64,000 nt of DNA. Origin: Eledone cirrhosa. Lineage: Eukaryota. The stretch's first letter is position 1, and the number at the start of each line of letters is the position of its first letter. The stretch lies in contig OZ024743.1 in the NCBI GenBank assembly GCA_964016885.1, positions 355,446,001 to 355,510,000 on the forward strand, read 5' to 3'. This document shows positions 57,839 to 64,000 of this stretch, one piece after another. Under the pieces are notes generated by a model. The model saw only the letters and a program-made list of their open reading frames with translations. It did not search any database and had not been told where the DNA came from. A program made the translations under genes and the position numbers.

Positions 57839-57882
57839 ACCGTCTATGCATTTCAGGCTTAACTAGCCTTCATCAGGACGGT
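57839..57882 (-). ncRNA. Minimal type-I hammerhead ribozyme
   Basis: accgtc-CTGATGA-aggc tagttaa gcct-GAAA-tgca-TA/gacggt. Confidence 0.92.
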
Positions 57883-58152
57883 CCCTGCCACCGCTTGCGA
57901 CTGCTGGACTAGAAGACAGCCGAGAATATATACATTTCTCGTCTGTGTAAATGAGGTGATTAATCTCATTTGCATATAAAGCTGCATAAGTTGGCTCAAA
58001 TTTTGAAGCGAAATCCTATTTCTTTTCTATTATAATTTGAGCCAACTTATGCAGCTTCATATGCAAATGAGATTAATCACCTCATTTACACAGACGAGAA
58101 ATGTATATATTCTCGGCTGTCTTCTAGTCCAGCAGTCGCAAGCGGTAGGAGG

Positions 58153-58196
58153 ACCGTCCTGACGAAGGCCAGTTAAGCCTGAAATGCATAGACGGT
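58153..58196 (+). ncRNA. Minimal type-I hammerhead ribozyme
   Basis: accgtc-CTGACGA-aggc cagttaa gcct-GAAA-tgca-TA/gacggt; predicted cut after 58190. Confidence 0.92.
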
Positions 58197-58350
58197 TGTC
58201 CCCCTTGCTTCTGCTGGACATCACCAGAGGGCGTTGGCCCCCCGGTGTTTGCATAGCTACGGCTTCCTAAAAGCGTATTTCCTTGGAGATACGGAATATT
58301 TATACATATTGTATAAAGCTATGCTTAAAGCGAAATCCTATTTCTATTTT

Positions 58351-58399
<49 letters not shown>

Positions 58400-58507
58400 G
58401 TATATATATATATATATATGTATATGTGTATATATATGTATATATATGTATATGTGTATATGTATAGATATAGATATATATGTATGTATATGTGTATATA
58501 TACATAC

Positions 58508-59377
<870 letters not shown>

Positions 59378-59649
59378 TAGTGTATGTGTTTAAAGTAATT
59401 ATATTTCGGAAATTAGTCTGATTATAAAACAGATGTCAATATAAAATAAATTCCCCAGTAAGGAATTCCACGTTATCTGAAAGCTTCCGTGCACGAAACT
59501 GTTCTGAAACGTAAGGAATTTCTATATATAGAAATTGTCCAGTTTACATTTTATCTGGAAAAAAAATGGAATAGTGATGGCTAGAACGTTGTTGACGATT
59601 AATGATAAACTACAAAAACAATGCGATTGAACGGGAAGACATTTACGTG

Positions 59650-60125
59650 TTCGATCGACCTATCAGAAATATCTACCAGTTTTATCACAGTTTACAGCCA
59701 AACGTCTTGTAAAAACGAAAATTCGATGATGTAGACTTAAATACACAATGCCTGAATTAAAAAGACGGGATTGTCATAGCTGGAGTGCCTTTGAACATAG
59801 ATCTGCTTAATAAGGGATTACCGAGGCCTAAACATCAATGTTTACTCCTCTAGAACATTATCGACTTCAATATCAACAAGGTTTATGCCCTTCACTAGCA
59901 GCAAAACTGAGAACACATCGAGGGAGCCACTAGGTGGTTAATAGATATTCTAGAAATAACAACCAAATATTCCTCAAATTATAACCCACAGTCTACAAAA
60001 AGGATTAGTTAGATGATGTCATCGTGGGTTCACAGTATATAGGAATAAATTGGAATAGTCATTATTGGAATGACACTGATCATAGTTGAGTTCAACCAGC
60101 GTTGACCTGGGGCTAAACTAAACAT
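59650..60125 (+). repeat. Two old copies of a dispersed repeat (ctagaaatagcagccaaat...gacctggggctaaac type)
   Basis: Diverged relatives at ~1420-1620, ~21330-21490 and ~54220-54950. Confidence 0.5.
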
Positions 60126-60223
60126 ACAAATACACCACTGTTACATCGATGGCGCAGGGGACGAAGTCACATTTTAAGGAGAGCATCTATATATAAATTT
60201 GAGCGACTTCCATCCGTTACACA

Positions 60224-60335
<112 letters not shown>

Positions 60336-60615
60336 GTAAATGTAAGTGTGTGTAAAAGGAAGGAAGCGGATGGTGAAAAACTATAGCAAAACAGCTGCTG
60401 GCATTCCATTTGCTACGCTGTGTGTGAGTGTATGTGTATGTATATGTCTGTCAGTATATATTTTTGTATGTGTGTCTGTGTTTTCACGTTTATATTTATA
60501 TACTCATACATACAAATATATGCATATGCACATATACAAACACATATACAAACACATATACAAATACGCGACAGCGTCTTGAACAAAATTCTAGTTAGAT
60601 TAAACAGATAAATAT

Positions 60616-60669
<54 letters not shown>

Positions 60670-60692
60670 AAGTAGTGTGTGTGTATGTATAA

Positions 60693-60726
<34 letters not shown>

Positions 60727-60754
60727 GTATGCACTTTTTTTCCGTATGAACATA

Positions 60755-60802
<48 letters not shown>

Positions 60803-60833
60803 GTGTATATGTATACATATATACATACATACA

Positions 60834-60883
<50 letters not shown>

Positions 60884-60900
60884 GAGAGAGAGAAAGAAAG

Positions 60901-60968
<68 letters not shown>

Positions 60969-61708
60969 TTCGCACACATACATATGTATAGCGAGGCAGG
61001 CGCTAAATGGACGTTGTGAGACACAGACATATCACATAGATGCATACACACCTATAATATTTTTTAAAGAGAAAATAACCATTAATAAGACTAACATAAC
61101 ACTTAAAAAGTTCCATCATATTTTTATCACAAGTTAATGGCGCCAACGTAAAACCTCCATTAAAAACGACCTCCTTCAAAATGGACGTTATAATATAATT
61201 TTGTCTATAGCGTCAACACACAATATTTAGAATTGAATTGTCAGAGAGGCGGAAGGGGGCATTTCCGGGTTGGGCTGGTTGGTGATGTAGCATTCATTTT
61301 TAAATAGTATTGCAGTTACTTTTTTTTTTGTTCTTTGGTTTTGTTTTTGTTGTTTTACTTATTGACATCGTCATCCTTCATTTTGTACGTTTCCGTTTTT
61401 AATTGTGTTATGTTTTTTTGCTTTTTGTTATTTTTCTTCTTGTCATTAATGGCCGTGTTAGCAATAGTAGATTTGTTCATGTTTATATAGATAAATATAT
61501 CCGTATATATATGAGTGAGCGTGCGTATGTGTATGACCTTATGTGTATGTATTTATATATAACATACATATATAAACATACATATGTATATAAACATTCA
61601 CACACACACACACACATATACATGCATATATATATATATTTATATATATATACAAACATATACATACACACAGGCACAAACACACACACATACATATATA
61701 TATATATG

Positions 61709-61883
<175 letters not shown>

Positions 61884-62046
61884 GCCTTTGGTTTTAGCAA
61901 ACAGGAGAAAGAGTACTCAATGCCTGATTAGAGTGTATGTAGTCATTTATTTAGGTGGATACAGTAGCTTATTATTCTGCACTTTCTACGGTGTGTGGTC
62001 CATCGTTCCAACAGAAAATTAAACTTTATATATACATGTGTATATA

Positions 62047-62330
62047 CTGTAGTAAAAGTTTGGTAGAAATATCCAAGAGTAAGATCACTCAGTCCATAGG
62101 ACGAGTTTAGTATAAATAATTAAAACAGTGACATAAACAGGTACTTAAGTTTCGTTGGGTTCTGGCCCCTAACTCATTCAGCCTGTCATAAGAAAAATAA
62201 AAGTAAAAATAAAAATATAGTTGGGCTAGGTTATTTTTATTTTTCTTATGACAGGCTGAATGAGTTGGGGTCAAGAAACCAACGAAACTTAAGTAGATGT
62301 TTATGTCACTGTTGTAATTATCTATTTATA
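62047..62330 (-). mobile_element. Fold-back pLTR-like element with variant HHRs at 62136-62187 (-) and 62250-62301 (+)
   Basis: Arms ~62115-62200 / 62236-62320; core CTGAATGA in both arms. Confidence 0.75.
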
Positions 62331-62332
62331 TA

Positions 62333-62365
62333 TACGAGGGCAATCCCAAATGTAAGGTCTCCTTC
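62333..62365 (+). mobile_element. Isolated mariner-type TIR
   Basis: TA-CGAGGGCAATCCCAAATGTAAGGTCTCC; no partner TIR seen. Confidence 0.45.
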
Positions 62366-62489
62366 CGATATTGCAACTTCCGATATTGCAACTATTCCGT
62401 TAAAATCCTGTGGATGATGCTTTGGGAAACCCCAGGAACCAAAATACAGAGAGCATCCAGAGGGATCCGCCGATCTTTACGCATGTTTT

Positions 62490-64000
62490 CCTCGGAAGGA
62501 GACCTTACTTTTGGGATTGCCCTCTATATAATAACTGCGCGAAATTCGCACTTGGCGGTAGCTGACAAGGAGGCAGTGGAATCGCTTCATGACTTCATGG
62601 ATGAGTTTTCCCTGTCGCAACTTGTGCTTGAACCAACAAGGAGCCACAAAAACATATTGGACCTAATGTACAGTAACCACACGACACTATCCACAGTATT
62701 GCAGTGGAAAAACTCCAATCACAGACCATGACATGGTTCTCTGTGATCTGAGATTCCACCGCCCAAAAAGCAAACCCAATGACATCTCTTCAGTTCGTCC
62801 ATTTGACTCCATGGATCTTCATAATGCAAACTGGGAAGCGATGAATCATGATCTTGCACATGTCAGTTCGTCTTTCGCGCACACTCACACACCCACAAAA
62901 AGTCCTGGCAGACATTTGTAGACACTGTAACAAATATATGTGCAAAACATACCCCATTAAGATCTGTAAACAAATCTAAGTGCAGAAACCCTAAAAATAG
63001 AAGAACATTTTTCAGGAAAGTTAAAAGAATTAACAAAAAAATCAACAAACTTAAATACTGCCAGCAACAACACACCCTTTTGACAGCCATTACATCACTA
63101 GAATTGAAAGAACACAACCTCCAAAACAGCATGATGTCCATCATCAACAATCAAAGAGTGTTCTTTTCATTTGCGAAAAAACACAAGGTCACTACTCCAC
63201 GGTTAGCCCTCTAATTGATGAAAATGGCACTCTCCAAAATAATGTTAAAACCATGAGTGAGATACTGCAGAAACAATACTGCTCTGTTTCAGCAATCCAG
63301 ATATGGCCGATATAGGCTGTATCAGTGATGTTAATCTTCAACACACTATATCAGACATAACGTTTGGCGCCCTTGATGGCTTAGCAGCAATAAACGAAAC
63401 TAAACACAATTCAGAAGTAAGCTCCAATAGGTCCTCTGCCTGTGTCCTGAAGATGTGTCAACATCAACGTGCATCTCTTCTTGCTAATCTGTGGAGGAAC
63501 TCACTGGATGCTGGATATATACCAGAAACCTTATTATCCCAGTTTGTTGTCCCAGTTTTCAAAAAATGCTGTGAATTACCGTCCGATCTCACTCACCTCT
63601 CATATCATTAAGGTATTTGAGAGGGTGGTGAGATCACGAATAACTCACTTTCTTGAAAGCAGTAGACTGCTGAACTCCAACCATAATGGGTTCCGTAATG
63701 GAAGGGATTGGCTAACGCAGCTACTATTTCACTTTGATGACATTTTGAGAGCTTTGGGAGAGGGCTCCAACATTGATGTCATCTACCTTGATTTCAGCAA
63801 GGCCTTTGACAGGGTTGATCACAACATTCTACTGAGAAACCTATCCAACATTGGTGTCACTGAAAAGTTACTGCAGTGGATCTAGTGTTTCCTGTCAAAC
63901 AAAGCTCAACATGTTGAAGTCGAAGGAGTACAATCCAGCCCAGCCAAAGTCAGTAGTGGTGTCCCACAAGGCACTATGCTGAGCCCACTTCTTTCCTTTA
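62490..64000 (+). pseudogene. CR1-group LINE ORF2 (APE end, linker, RT), running off the window
   Basis: LSQLVLEPTR..NILDL, NYRPISLTSHIIKVFERVV, IYLDFSKAFDRVDH, SGVPQGT; frameshifted. Confidence 0.9.

Larger units (their letters stand above)
57726..58350 (+). mobile_element. Fold-back pLTR/retrozyme-like element with an HHR on both strands, in (TA)n
   Basis: Arms 57726-58002 / 58034-58309; the spacer repeats the 3' terminus. Confidence 0.85.

Overview
Eukaryotic, AT-rich, microsatellite-saturated DNA, probably intronic or intergenic. The SINE and repeat families resemble those I associate with octopod cephalopods; this is inference, no search was run. I found no supportable host-gene exon, and nearly all long ORFs in the track are microsatellite read-throughs. 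The non-repeat coding signal is decayed transposon sequence: R4/Dong-like RLE LINEs nested in (CATA)n, two tail-to-tail Penelope-like elements (RT + GIY-YIG), RTE, CR1-like and Tx1-like LINE fragments, a mariner, piggyBac-type MITEs, a probable Helitron, and about 20 copies of one tRNA-derived SINE. The main hidden signal is RNA structure. Folding by eye gives more than 20 type-I hammerhead-ribozyme (HHR) motifs from roughly ten sequence-unrelated small (TA)n-inserted elements, many arranged as fold-backs with a ribozyme on each strand. They show compensatory changes, self-complementary stem III, and recurrent non-canonical cores (CAGAAGA in all five copies of the Penelope-like family; CUGAAUGA in both arms of another). 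Also seen: a (ATGT)n-targeted 610-bp element with an HDV-like 5' fold, a SINE/Tx1-LINE shared 3' stem-loop, and a 52-bp templated insertion. No ribozyme activity or database identity was tested.
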